A stretch of 64,000 nucleotides of DNA from Patescibacteria group bacterium (GCA_028716045.1 JAQUQO010000001.1:862343-926342), one strand, 5' to 3'. Counted from the first letter of the stretch, positions 17,064-26,564 are shown. Numbers and translations are program-made. The notes: generated by a model not told the origin, from the letters alone.

Positions 17064-18923
17064 TTGTTTAAGATTAAACGTTCTTTGAGAAAGGAAATTA
17101 AAATGAATGTAGCAGTAAAGGATTTTTTAAAGCATTTTCCCCATGAAAAGATGAGGGATACACAGGAAAAGGCGTTAGAGAAAGTTGCTAGCTCAGAAAA
17201 GGGCGTAATTCTTGAAATGCCAACCGGTTCCGGTAAAACGGCGGTCGGCATAACTGTTCTTAAGACGATGGCTAAAAAAGGGAGTAAAGGTCTTTTTTAT
17301 ATTACTCCCACCAAAACTTTAGTTGACCAAATACGGCGTCTTTTCCCAAATGATGTGACAGTTATTCTTGGTCGGGCGGAGTATCAGTGCCTTTATTACA
17401 GTTCGCAAGGAATTCTCGGGATAAATGCCGAAGAATCTCCTTGCTATATGCTGAAGTGTCCACATCGCGTTGACCAAGAGACGGGTAAGGTTTGCGAAAG
17501 CGGCGTTGAACCGTGTCCTTATTTCAAAGCCAAGCATGAAGCCAAAAAACGGGCAGAGGAAGGTGGAATTGTTCTTTGCACGACCGCTTTTTTCCTTAAA
17601 AACAGGTTGACGGTAGAGGGTTGGCGTGATAACAAACCGGATGCGGTCGTTATTGATGAAGTGCATCGGTTGGCCAAAATTGCAAGGGATATTTTTTCTT
17701 ACACTCTTACCGATTATCATCTTGGGAGAGTTGCTAAATTGGTAGCGGAGTTTGACGAGAAACAAGCTGAGATTATCAAAAAGTTTAATGGGCGTTTTAG
17801 GCAGATTGCCCGGCGAAGAATATCTTGCAAGCCGTCCCTTTTGAAAATAGAAGAAGTCGAGAGCTTGATCAAGATAATGGAAAATATAGATGACCAATAT
17901 CTTGAGAAAAAAATTAGGGAAGCGGTAGATGCCGGCAAAATTAATCCCGTGGAGCAGAAAGGCGACCTTAAAACATTGGAGAATTTTATTACCAATATAC
18001 CTCGACTTATCCGGTCTCTTTGTTATGCGACTGATTTGGAAAAAGAAAATCCGCTTAATTACGTTGTCGCCTTTTATTACACAAAGGACGACCCGGAATT
18101 TGCTGGCACCAAAAGAAAGGCAAGATATTTTCTTACCATCAAAAGCTATTTTGTTATTCCGATTATCAGGCGGGTGCTTGGCAAAAAGGTAATTGCCTAT
18201 TCCGCTACTATCGGCGATAGTAGAATATTCAGTTTTGAGACGGGGATCAAGTTGCCCTTCTTTAGCTTTCCCTCTATGTTCCCCATAGAGCAGGCCAAGA
18301 TTTTTATGCCGACAGATACAAAAAATTTGGCGGTAAGCAGAAGAAGAAGGGGCGACCTGAGCAAGAGTCTGCGTCTGGTAGTGGAAACATCTTTGCTTTT
18401 TGCCAAGAAGGGCTGTCGTTCTTTGGTGGTAGTGGTTTCAGAGGAAGAACGGCAGAAGTTTTTACAGATTGCGGGCGAAAAAGGGTTGGAGGCGATAAGC
18501 TATGGGAATGGGATAAAGCCCAGAGAAGCGGCCGCTAAATTTTCCCGCGGAGAGGGGCAAGTTCTTGTGGGAACCGCTGCCAACTATTCCGAGGGTGTTG
18601 ATTTCCCCAAAAAACTTGCGCCGGTGATTTTTTTCTTACGACCCGGTTATCAACGTCCTGATGACCCGGAAACCCAGTTTGAAGAAAGACGGTTTACCAA
18701 CGGTCAGGTCTGGGCATTAAGAAATTGGCGGGTGATGTTAGAGGCGTTGCAGGTTCGGGGCCGCAATATTCGCGGCGCTGAAGATATTGGGGTGTGTTTC
18801 TTTATATCCCAGCAGTTCCGCAATTTCCTTTATACTTCTATGCCGGAGTGGTTAAAACCAGCTTACTCGGGGCAACTGACAATGGAGGGGGCAGTGAAGG
18901 AGGCGATGAAATTATTAAAGTGA
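17064..18923 (+). CDS. XPD/DinG-like superfamily-2 helicase with Fe-S (4-Cys) insertion
   Basis: Walker A MPTGSGKT. DEVH box (VVIDEVHRL). Cys cluster (CLYY...CYMLKCPH...CESGVEPCPY) between motifs I and II, as in XPD/DinG. C-terminal GTAANYSEGVDFP helicase_C_2-like motif. The likely true start is ATG 17103 (MNVAVKDFL), which has an SD. Confidence 0.7.
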   Translation: MFKIKRSLRKEIKMNVAVKDFLKHFPHEKMRDTQEKALEKVASSEKGVILEMPTGSGKTAVGITVLKTMAKKGSKGLFYITPTKTLVDQIRRLFPNDVTVILGRAEYQCLYYSSQGILGINAEESPCYMLKCPHRVDQETGKVCESGVEPCPYFKAKHEAKKRAEEGGIVLCTTAFFLKNRLTVEGWRDNKPDAVVIDEVHRLAKIARDIFSYTLTDYHLGRVAKLVAEFDEKQAEIIKKFNGRFRQIARRRISCKPSLLKIEEVESLIKIMENIDDQYLEKKIREAVDAGKINPVEQKGDLKTLENFITNIPRLIRSLCYATDLEKENPLNYVVAFYYTKDDPEFAGTKRKARYFLTIKSYFVIPIIRRVLGKKVIAYSATIGDSRIFSFETGIKLPFFSFPSMFPIEQAKIFMPTDTKNLAVSRRRRGDLSKSLRLVVETSLLFAKKGCRSLVVVVSEEERQKFLQIAGEKGLEAISYGNGIKPREAAAKFSRGEGQVLVGTAANYSEGVDFPKKLAPVIFFLRPGYQRPDDPETQFEERRFTNGQVWALRNWRVMLEALQVRGRNIRGAEDIGVCFFISQQFRNFLYTSMPEWLKPAYSGQLTMEGAVKEAMKLLK

Positions 18924-19031
18924 AACATTATAATAAATGTACAGTCCTTTATTGTAAATTACCGAACAGTATAGTGACGTTTAGTCTTCTGGCGTCACGT
19001 CGACTCGAGTCTTGAACACAACACTACTGTG

Positions 19032-19067
19032 CAGGGCAGGGTCCATTGAGACCCTGCCATTTTTTAT
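19032..19067 (+). terminator. intrinsic terminator, copy D (CAGGGCAGGGTCCATTGAGACCCTGCC + U-run), ~110 nt after the helicase stop
   Basis: Identical hairpin to copy B apart from one stem base. Confidence 0.65.
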
Positions 19068-19076
19068 CAAATCCAA

Positions 19077-19108
19077 CCTCTCCCGACAAATATCGGAGAG
19101 GTTTTTTT
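19077..19108. terminator. second hairpin CCTCTCCCGA-CAAATA-TCGGAGAGG + T7, bidirectional (serves the convergent M23 gene)
   Basis: Stem-loop read directly. Confidence 0.55.
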
Positions 19109-19133
19109 ATTTTCCCGGATAAATATAAAGCGA

Positions 19134-20456
19134 TTATTTTATATATAACAGCGGGTTCATTTTGCGCCCGTTGATGATTACTTCAAAGTGAATATGCGTG
19201 CCGGTGGAGCGTCCGGTGGTTCCCATCATAGCAATAGTTTCCCCGCGGCTGACTTGTTGGCCTCTTTTTACAAAAAGTTTGCTGGCATGGCCGTAGCGGG
19301 TTTTGACTCCATTCCCATGATTGATTAATATTTGCAACCCATATCCGCCCAGCCACCCCGCGGATTCCACCGTCCCACTTTCGGCGGCATAGAGCGGCGA
19401 GCGGTAGTCGCCGTCAATATCAAGACCGCTGTGACGCCAGCTGTAATATTGAGTGATGACACGCCAGCTGGTCGGCCAAAGCATTTTGCCGCTGGCAATT
19501 TGCGTCGACCCGGGCGGTTTCACGGCGCTTTTATCAACCGGACTCCAGGTTCTGGCAGGGGCGCTATAAACAGGAATAATCTTGCCGTCAGGCACCATTA
19601 AAATATCTCCGGTGGCGATGTCACTGGTATCAGTCAGTTTATTGAAAGCAATAATTTTTTCTTCGGTAGAACCGTATTGTTTGGCGATTTTCGCGACCGT
19701 ATCGCCCTTTTTGACTTTGTGCTCCACGCCGTCAGCCGGCAGAATTTTTAATTTGTCGCCCGGCCGGATGTAGCTGTAAGCGCTTAGGTTATTCGCCCAA
19801 AGCATAGTATTCACCGCCAAGCTGAACTTTTCCGCGATACTGGAAATAGTATCATTTTGCTCAACGATATATTCAACCGTTTCGGTGCGGGTTTTTAAGC
19901 CGAGTTTGGTGTTGGAGATATTGGTTCGGACAAGGGCAGTGTCTCCTTGGGCGGTTGGCAAATCACTTTCTTCCTCGGTGACATCTTCAATTAAATAAGG
20001 GACCGGCCGGAGAGTACTCTGAATGCCGCGCGAACTATCCAAGTAGCTCAAGAGTTTGTCTTCTTTTTCCGGTATGGCGCTTTCCTTTTCTACTATCGGG
20101 CCTTCTTCAATGGTGTAATTATAACTCAGGTCGTCTTTGACCATAGAATAAAGAATGCTCTTTTCTCCGAAATCTTCCCGGCGGGTTTCTTGGGCGTTGA
20201 GATTGTCAAAAGTTATTAAAGCGACGATGGCGATGATGACTACGTAGACAGCGTATTGATTGGTAAAGACGGAAAGAAATTTATTTTGCTGATAAACAAA
20301 AATTTTTTGCAGGAACCTTTTTATGGTTAGATAAGTTTTATAAAACGAAATTATCGCTGGCCGTCCGAGAAATTTCCAGGTTTGTCCTGCCAGCCAAGCT
20401 AAGAGCGGTTTTAGATTTTTTCTAAGAAAATTAAAAAATCTGCCAAAATAAATCAA
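19134..20456 (-). CDS. LysM-domain M23 family metallopeptidase (peptidoglycan hydrolase)
   Basis: 440 aa. N-terminal TM helix. Two LysM-like segments. C-terminal M23 motifs HSGLDIDG...HLHFEV-type (HIHFEV). Confidence 0.85.
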   Translation of the reverse strand: MIYFGRFFNFLRKNLKPLLAWLAGQTWKFLGRPAIISFYKTYLTIKRFLQKIFVYQQNKFLSVFTNQYAVYVVIIAIVALITFDNLNAQETRREDFGEKSILYSMVKDDLSYNYTIEEGPIVEKESAIPEKEDKLLSYLDSSRGIQSTLRPVPYLIEDVTEEESDLPTAQGDTALVRTNISNTKLGLKTRTETVEYIVEQNDTISSIAEKFSLAVNTMLWANNLSAYSYIRPGDKLKILPADGVEHKVKKGDTVAKIAKQYGSTEEKIIAFNKLTDTSDIATGDILMVPDGKIIPVYSAPARTWSPVDKSAVKPPGSTQIASGKMLWPTSWRVITQYYSWRHSGLDIDGDYRSPLYAAESGTVESAGWLGGYGLQILINHGNGVKTRYGHASKLFVKRGQQVSRGETIAMMGTTGRSTGTHIHFEVIINGRKMNPLLYIK

Positions 20457-20588
20457 CCCTCTTAAAAAAAGAAGGCCGGATTTAATAGCTATTTTTTTGA
20501 GGTAATTTAAGATATATTTAAGGTTATTTACGCCCGTATTCTCTATAATATCATAACCGCGGCTGTTTTTAAAGATTGTTTTTAGAGA

Positions 20589-20618
20589 TTGACAGTTTGT
20601 TTTGCTTATTGATATGAT
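20589..20618 (+). promoter_or_regulatory. sigma70-like promoter TTGACA-N18-TATGAT
   Basis: Read directly upstream of hppA. Confidence 0.5.
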
Positions 20619-20654
20619 ATATTCAACCCTAAAAATTAATGTAAAAAGAGTTTT

Positions 20655-22640
20655 ATGTCAAGTTCTCTTATTTTTGCTTTGGTCGCGGCAATTTTAGCCA
20701 TCGTCTACGGTTTAGTTCTAGCGAGTTGGGTTATTAAGCGCCCGGCCGGTGATGAAAAAATGCGAGCCATTGCCAGCGCCATTCAAGACGGCGCTAAGGC
20801 GTATTTAGCGCGCCAGTATAAAACCATCAGCGTTATTGCCGTGGTTTTATTTTTACTTTTAGGATTTTTTGTCGGCTGGGTCGTCGCCTGCGGATTTTTA
20901 ATCGGCGCGATTTTATCGGGCTTGGCGGGAATTATTGGCATGAATGTTTCGGTCCGGGCCAATGTGCGCACCGCCGAAGCCGCGAAAAGCGGAATGGCCA
21001 AGGCCTTTCAAGTTGCCGTGCGCGGCGGTTCCGTGACGGGATTTTTAGTGGTTGGCTTGGGACTTTTGGGAGTAGCCGGCTTTTACGCCATTACGAAAGA
21101 TGTTCATGCTTTGATTGGCTTGGGTTTTGGCGGAAGTCTAATTTCTATTTTTGCCCGCTTGGGCGGAGGCATTTATACTAAAGCCGCTGATGTCGGCGCT
21201 GACCTGGTCGGCAAAGTGGAAGCCGGCATTCCGGAAGACGACCCGCGCAATCCGGCGGTGATTGCCGATAATGTGGGAGATAATGTCGGCGACTGCGCCG
21301 GTATGGCCGCTGATTTATTTGAAACCTATGCCGTGACGTCAGTGGCGGCAATGCTGCTGGGCTTTTTATTATTTAAAGGATTTGACAAGGCCCTGCTTTA
21401 TCCCTTGGTGTTGGGCGGGGTTTCTATCATCACTTCTATAATCGGAATTTTATTTATTAAATTGGGAGCCAAACAAAATATTATGGGCGCTCTTTACAAA
21501 GGGCTTATCGTTTCCGGAGTTTTGGCCGCGATTATTTTTTATCCGGTGACTAATATGCTTATGAAGGGTAATGGTCTTTACGAGCCGTGGAAACTTTATT
21601 TGGCTTCCTTGATTGGCTTGGTTGTCACCGGACTTTTAGTTTTTATCACTGAATATTACACCTCCACAAAGTATAATCCGGTAAAATCAATTGCCCGTTC
21701 CTCCGAAACCGGACACGGTACCAACATCATCGCCGGTTTAGCGGTTTCCATGAAATCCACTGCCTGGCCGATTATTGTCATTGCGGGAGCTATTTTAGGA
21801 GCTTACGCTTTAGCCGGAGTATACGGAATCGCCGTGGCCGCCGTGGCCATGCTTTCTCTGGCTGGAATTATTGTGACCATTGATTCTTACGGTCCGGTTA
21901 CTGATAACGCCGGCGGGATTGCCGAGATGGCGAATCTGCCGGAGGATGTCCGCAATATCACCGACCCCCTGGATGCGGTGGGTAATACCACCAAAGCGGT
22001 GACCAAGGGTTATGCCATTGGTTCCGCGGCCCTCGCGGCTTTGGTACTTTTTGCCGATTTCACGCACGCCATCGGCGGCGGCTTCACTTTTGGCATTGAT
22101 AATCCCAAAGTTTTAGTCGGTTTGTTTATCGGCGGACTATTGCCTTACTATTTCGGAGCGTTAGCTATGCAAGCCGTCGGCCGCGCGGCGGGGAAGGTGG
22201 TGGAAGAAGTGCGCAATCAATTTAAGACCAAACCGGGGATAATGCAGGGAACGGAAAAACCCGATTATGGCAAAACGGTTGATATCGTGACTGTGGCCGC
22301 CATTAAACAAATGATTGTTCCCGCTTTGATTCCGGTTGTCGTTCCGATTTTAATTGGCTTTATTTTAGGGATTGAGGCCTTAGGCGGTCTTTTGGTTGGC
22401 AGTATTATCACTGGCGTTTTTGTCGCTATATCTATGACTACCGGCGGCGGCGCTTGGGACAATGCTAAAAAATATATTGAGAAAGGAAATTTTGGCGGCA
22501 AAGGTTCATTCGCTCATCAGGCGGCGGTTACCGGCGACACCGTCGGCGACCCGTATAAAGACACCGCTGGTCCGGCGATTAATCCCATGATTAAAATTCT
22601 TAATATCGTGGCGCTTTTGATAGTGGGATTGTTGTTATAA
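20655..22640 (+). CDS. hppA: membrane-bound proton/sodium-translocating pyrophosphatase
   Basis: 661 aa polytopic. Signature [19 protein letters not shown] and DNVGDNVGD. Confidence 0.9.
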   Translation: MSSSLIFALVAAILAIVYGLVLASWVIKRPAGDEKMRAIASAIQDGAKAYLARQYKTISVIAVVLFLLLGFFVGWVVACGFLIGAILSGLAGIIGMNVSVRANVRTAEAAKSGMAKAFQVAVRGGSVTGFLVVGLGLLGVAGFYAITKDVHALIGLGFGGSLISIFARLGGGIYTKAADVGADLVGKVEAGIPEDDPRNPAVIADNVGDNVGDCAGMAADLFETYAVTSVAAMLLGFLLFKGFDKALLYPLVLGGVSIITSIIGILFIKLGAKQNIMGALYKGLIVSGVLAAIIFYPVTNMLMKGNGLYEPWKLYLASLIGLVVTGLLVFITEYYTSTKYNPVKSIARSSETGHGTNIIAGLAVSMKSTAWPIIVIAGAILGAYALAGVYGIAVAAVAMLSLAGIIVTIDSYGPVTDNAGGIAEMANLPEDVRNITDPLDAVGNTTKAVTKGYAIGSAALAALVLFADFTHAIGGGFTFGIDNPKVLVGLFIGGLLPYYFGALAMQAVGRAAGKVVEEVRNQFKTKPGIMQGTEKPDYGKTVDIVTVAAIKQMIVPALIPVVVPILIGFILGIEALGGLLVGSIITGVFVAISMTTGGGAWDNAKKYIEKGNFGGKGSFAHQAAVTGDTVGDPYKDTAGPAINPMIKILNIVALLIVGLLL

Positions 22641-22670
22641 ATTTAGAATAAAAATTAAATAATATTTATC

Positions 22671-22706
22671 GTAGAGACGCGATTAATCGCATCTCTACTT
22701 TTTTTT
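22671..22706 (+). terminator. intrinsic terminator after hppA
   Basis: GTAGAGACGCGAT-TAATCGCATCTCTAC hairpin + T8. Confidence 0.65.
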
Positions 22707-22713
22707 GCAGGGC

Positions 22714-22742
22714 TTGACAAAATATTATATTTGTGGTATGTT
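22714..22742 (+). promoter_or_regulatory. candidate promoter TTGACA-N17-TATGTT
   Basis: Spacing read directly. Confidence 0.4.
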
Positions 22743-22788
22743 GTTTTGTTGTTCTATTTTAAAAAATAATGAATTGGAGGAATTTAAA

Positions 22789-22980
22789 ATGGGGAATAAA
22801 AATGGTGAAAAGAAGCTTTCTACTCCTGAAGAGTATTTGAATGATCTTAATAAACGCATAGCTTCGTATTCTGAATTACTGCGGCAGAAGATCGCCAGAG
22901 ATGATTTATACCAATCCCCCGAATATTTAGGGGCAATGGATAAGGTGGATAAAATAATTGAGAAAGAAACGATTACTTAA
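22789..22980 (+). CDS. small hypothetical protein (MGNKNGEKKLS...), in-frame TAA then ORF continues to 23139
   Basis: SD GGAGG 8 nt upstream of ATG 22789. The same frame stays open after the TAA at 22978 for 52 more codons up to the terminator. Confidence 0.35.
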   Translation: MGNKNGEKKLSTPEEYLNDLNKRIASYSELLRQKIARDDLYQSPEYLGAMDKVDKIIEKETIT

Positions 22981-23152
22981 GATGATTTACGGGAAATCAA
23001 AAAAATATTTTTGCAATGGGATCCCGAAGGAGCCAAAATCGCTTTCAGTCAAATACTCAAGAAAACTCCCACAGAAGCACGTCAGAATATGAAAGATACT
23101 TGGGCTCAAGTATGTTCAGAAGAACCCGCAGCCGAGTAAAAAATTCGTCTTC

Positions 23153-23186
23153 AAAAAAGCAGGAATAAATCCTGCTTTTGTTTTTA
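23153..23186 (+). terminator. intrinsic terminator GCAGGA-TAAA-TCCTGC + U-run
   Basis: Read directly. Confidence 0.55.
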
Positions 23187-23261
23187 TAATCAGACACGCG
23201 CTTGACTAAATCGTAAAAATTTACTATAATCCAAGATGTTTTATTAATCATAATTTTTTGT

Positions 23262-24551
23262 ATGCAGGTTAGTTTAAGTAAATTAGCCAAGGGTCAAGTG
23301 GAACTTAATCTGGAGGTTGGAAATGACGAAATGAAAACATTTTTGGAAAAAGCGGCTGAACAATTATCAGTAAATAATAAAATTAAAGGGTTTCGGCCGG
23401 GCAAGGTGCCTTATGAAATCATCAAGAAAGAATTTGGTGAGATGGCAATTTATGAGGCGGCCTTAGACAGAATTGTCAGTAAAACTTTTTTTGACGCGGT
23501 TAAAGAAAACAATCTGGAGACAGTTGGTCAGCCGAAAATTGAGGTAATAAAATTGGCTCCGGGCAATCCTCTTGTTTATAAGGCAACAGTCGCTCTTTTG
23601 CCCAAGGTAACTTTGGTTGACTGGAGAAAAATGAAAGTGGAACGTAAAAAAATAAATATCACCGAAGAAAAACTTAGCAAAGCCCTGGAAGAATTAAAAA
23701 AAATGCAAAACAAAGAGATTTTAGTTGACCGTCCGGCGGAAGGCACTGATAAAATCATCGTGGATATGGAAATGTATTTGGATAAAGTTCCGGTTGATGG
23801 CGGGCAAGCCAAGGGTCACGCGATATTTCTCGGGGAACCGTATTTTGTGCCGGGATTCAGAGAAAAAATTCTCGGTCAGAAAAAAGGTGAGGTAAGAGAA
23901 TTTATTTTGGAGTTTCCTCAAGAACATTATCAAAAGAATCTGGCGGGCAAAAACGTGGAATTTAAAGTGACGTTAAAAGATGTTTATAAAGTGGAACCGC
24001 CGGAGCTAAACGATGATTTTGCCAAAGGTTTGGGACAAAAATCATTAGAAGAATTAAAAAAGATATTAAAAGATAACCTTGACCGCGAAGAAAATCTTTA
24101 TGAAGACCAGCGCAGTGAGGGTGAAATGCTGGAGAAACTGGTTAAGGATTGTAAGGTTGAGGAAATTCCGGAAATTCTTTTAGGGGGCGAAGTGGAAAAA
24201 ATGATTTTGGAATTAAAAGACAATGTTTCAAAACAGGGCATGAAATTTGAAGATTACGTCGCCAATATCTTAAAAAAGAAACCGGAAGATTTAAGGAAAG
24301 ATTTTTTGCCTCAAGCCGAGCGGCGAGTGAAAACCGCTTTAGTGATAAGGGGGGTGGCAGGGCAGGAAAATATCAGCGTGGAAGAAAAAGATATTGACGA
24401 AGAGGTTAAAAAAATGCTATCTTTATATGCAGACAGTCCGGAGATTCAGGAAAGTATTAAATCCCAGAGCGGCAGAGAATATTTAGCCAATTTAATCAGA
24501 AATCGCAAAACAATAGATTTATTAAAAAAACAAATTATTAAAACCGCGTAA
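23262..24551 (+). CDS. tig: trigger factor
   Basis: 429 aa. N-terminal ribosome-binding motif GFRPGKVP. PPIase middle domain. Confidence 0.9.
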   Translation: MQVSLSKLAKGQVELNLEVGNDEMKTFLEKAAEQLSVNNKIKGFRPGKVPYEIIKKEFGEMAIYEAALDRIVSKTFFDAVKENNLETVGQPKIEVIKLAPGNPLVYKATVALLPKVTLVDWRKMKVERKKINITEEKLSKALEELKKMQNKEILVDRPAEGTDKIIVDMEMYLDKVPVDGGQAKGHAIFLGEPYFVPGFREKILGQKKGEVREFILEFPQEHYQKNLAGKNVEFKVTLKDVYKVEPPELNDDFAKGLGQKSLEELKKILKDNLDREENLYEDQRSEGEMLEKLVKDCKVEEIPEILLGGEVEKMILELKDNVSKQGMKFEDYVANILKKKPEDLRKDFLPQAERRVKTALVIRGVAGQENISVEEKDIDEEVKKMLSLYADSPEIQESIKSQSGREYLANLIRNRKTIDLLKKQIIKTA

Positions 24552-24557
24552 CTTCTT

Positions 24558-25415
24558 ATGAAAATCGGCGGGCATTTTGTAACGAATAATGGGATTAAAA
24601 ATATTCCGGCCAAAGCCAAAGAACTGGGGTGCGAATGTTTTCAGTTTTTTTTGCAGCCGCCCCATATTGATTCCGCTTCCATTCCCGTTTTAACCGTAGC
24701 GGAAAGTTATCTGGAGGAATTTGAAGCGGAATGTAAAAAATGTGGTTTGACCGATTTTTATGTCCACGCACCTTATTTTATTAATTTAGCCTCTGACTCT
24801 TTGCGAGTTCGTCAGGAGTCCGTTAATTTTTTAAAAACAGAGTTGAAGGCAAGCGAGATGATTGGCGCCAAATCTTTAGTCATTCATTTAGGAAGTTCGG
24901 GCGGAGAGGATGAAAAAAGCGCGATAAAAAGAGCGGCGGAAAGTTTAAAAGATATTTTGGAAGGTTATAACGGGAAGACGGGAATTCTTATGGAGATTAT
25001 TTCCGGCAGAGGGCTTATTATCGGAAGGAATTTTAAGCAGATTGGTTCTATAATTTCCAAATTGTCAGGGGAAGAGAGAGAAAAAGTGGGCGTTTGTTTT
25101 GATACTTGTCATGTCTTTGTCAACGGTTTTGATTTAAGAACCAGACAAGAGGTGGAGCAGACTTTGAAAGAATTTGACCGGGAAGTTGGCATAGAAAAAA
25201 TAAAGTTAATACACGCGAGCGATAGTCAGGAGAATATTGGTTCGGATATTGATAAACATGAATGTTTAGGTAAAGGCAAAATAGGCAGAGGGGCCTTTTG
25301 GTCTTTGTTACACGATAGCCGATTAAAAGACGTTGATTTCATAGTCGAGTCAAATTGCGGCAGCGCCAATGATGTGGAAGTTTTAAAAGGATTAAGAAAC
25401 GCCGACAAACCTTAA
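24558..25415 (+). CDS. nfo: endonuclease IV (AP endonuclease, TIM-barrel)
   Basis: 285 aa. HAPYFINLAS, GILMEIISGRG and VGVCFDTCH motifs match Nfo metal-binding segments. Confidence 0.85.
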   Translation: MKIGGHFVTNNGIKNIPAKAKELGCECFQFFLQPPHIDSASIPVLTVAESYLEEFEAECKKCGLTDFYVHAPYFINLASDSLRVRQESVNFLKTELKASEMIGAKSLVIHLGSSGGEDEKSAIKRAAESLKDILEGYNGKTGILMEIISGRGLIIGRNFKQIGSIISKLSGEEREKVGVCFDTCHVFVNGFDLRTRQEVEQTLKEFDREVGIEKIKLIHASDSQENIGSDIDKHECLGKGKIGRGAFWSLLHDSRLKDVDFIVESNCGSANDVEVLKGLRNADKP

Positions 25416-25484
25416 GTCTTGATTTTTTTAGCAGACCTGCTATAATTTTTTTACCTTGCGAAATTTAAATTTTTTATTAAGCGG

Positions 25485-25803
25485 TAGTAGTTTCCCGCCG
25501 CAGCGGGACAGGCGCTTGGTAGAACGCCCCGCCATGGCGGGGAGGTCGTCAAAACCTAAATATGGAACATTTCGTTTACATTTTACAGAGTTTAAAAGAT
25601 AGCCGATATTATATAGGTAGCACTAATGATTTAAGTAGGAGATTAGAGGAACATAATAGCGGGAAAAGAAAATCATTAAAATTTAGGAGACCCTTAGAGA
25701 CGGTGTATAGTGAAATTTTTAGTACAAAACAAGAAGCACATAAAAGAGAGTTGCAGATTAAATCATATAAGGGAGGCAATGAGTTTAAGAAGTTAATTAT
25801 TAA

Positions 25804-25815
<12 letters not shown>
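25485..25815 (+). mobile_element. putative mini insertion (~295 bp) carrying a GIY-YIG ORF, bounded by 18-19 bp direct repeats TATTAAGCGGTAGTAGTT equal to the 5' end of tRNA-Gly
   Basis: DR copies at 25485-25502 and 25798-25815. The left copy continues as a degenerate tRNA-Gly 5' half (D-arm TTGGTAGAACG retained, anticodon arm replaced by palindrome CCCCGCCATGGCGGGG). Confidence 0.35.
25562..25810 (+). CDS. GIY-YIG nuclease-domain protein (YhbQ/UPF0213-like)
   Basis: 82 aa. FVYILQS...YYIGSTNDLSRRLEEHN matches the GIY-YIG motif. The stop codon lies inside the first bases of tRNA-Gly. Confidence 0.7.
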
Positions 25816-25876
<61 letters not shown>

Positions 25877-25968
25877 CAAAGAAAAAATTATTGTATTTGG
25901 GTTTTGAAAATGTAAATTTTTTCAGAACGGACCACCCGTTTTTTATTTTTGTCGTGCGGGTTTTGGGT

Positions 25969-25989
25969 GACCCCGCCTTGGCGGGGGAA
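25969..25989 (+). repeat. 21-bp hairpin element GACCCCGCCTTGGCGGGGGAA (exact second copy at 33358-33378; related palindrome at 25537-25552)
   Basis: Exact string match seen twice. Lies immediately 5' of tRNA-Leu(TAA). Confidence 0.8.
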
Positions 25990-25996
25990 CCGAAAG

Positions 25997-26084
25997 GCCG
26001 AGGTGGTGAAATAGGTAGACACGCGAGACTTAAAATCTCGTGGATGAATAATCCGTGCGGGTTCGATTCCCGCCCTCGGCACCA
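25997..26084 (+). tRNA. tRNA-Leu(TAA), CCA encoded
   Basis: GCCGAGG acceptor stem, anticodon loop CTTAAAA, long variable arm, GGTTCGATTCC T-arm, ...CACCA 3' end. Confidence 0.85.
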
Positions 26085-26085
26085 A

Positions 26086-26174
26086 GACAACCAACAACAG
26101 AACAACAGAACAACTGACAACCCAGAACATTCTATCTCGTTGTTAGTTATTGGTTGTAGGTTGTCAGTTCCTTT
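26086..26174 (+). repeat. ~90-nt tRNA-Lys leader, copy 1 (CAACCAACAACAGAAC...GGTTGTAGGTTGTCAGTTCC), with internal inverted repeats
   Basis: Near-identical to 26401-26489. Copy 1 has an extra CAGAACAA duplication. Confidence 0.8.
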
Positions 26175-26250
26175 GCGCCGTTAGCTCAGCTGGTAGAGCA
26201 ACTGCCTTTTAAGCAGAAGGTCACAGGTTCAAATCCTGTACGGCGTACCA
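26175..26250 (+). tRNA. tRNA-Lys(TTT), CCA encoded
   Basis: GCGCCGTTAGCTCAGCTGGTAGAGC, anticodon loop CTTTTAA, T-arm GGTTCAAATCC. Confidence 0.85.
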
Positions 26251-26312
26251 GAGCGGACATCTTCGAACGTTCGTAAATTATTTTTTATTAGTGTAGTGAA
26301 AAGAAAAATTTT

Positions 26313-26399
26313 GGGTCGGTACCAAAGCGGTCAACTGGGGCAGACTGTAAATCTGCTGGCCTTGTGCCTTCGTTGGTTCGAATCCAGCCCGACCCACCA
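26313..26399 (+). tRNA. tRNA-Tyr(GTA), long variable arm, CCA encoded
   Basis: GGGTCGG acceptor stem, anticodon loop CTGTAAA, GGTTCGAATCC T-arm. Confidence 0.85.
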
Positions 26400-26400
26400 A

Positions 26401-26489
26401 GATAACAAGACAACCAACAACAGAACAACTGACAACCCAGAACATTCTATCTCGTTGTTGGTTATTGGTTGTAGGTTGTCAGTTCCTTT
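26401..26489 (+). repeat. tRNA-Lys leader, copy 2
   Basis: Segmental duplicate of 26086-26174. Confidence 0.8.
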
Positions 26490-26564
26490 GCGCCGTTAGC
26501 TCAGCTGGTAGAGCAGTTGCCTCTTAAGCAAACGGTCGCAGGTTCAAATCCTGCACGGCGCACC
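26490..26564 (+). tRNA. tRNA-Lys(CTT)
   Basis: Same body as Lys(TTT) but anticodon loop CTCTTAA. 3' end ACC (CCA not fully encoded). Confidence 0.85.

Noticed and set aside
16375-19067. Repeated 27-nt hairpin copies considered as a CRISPR array
   Set aside because: The copies are 200-2000 bp apart with no regular spacer length. Each is followed by a U-run, and two are preceded by promoters. They behave as intrinsic terminators of separate transcription units, not CRISPR repeats. No cas1/cas2 genes are present.
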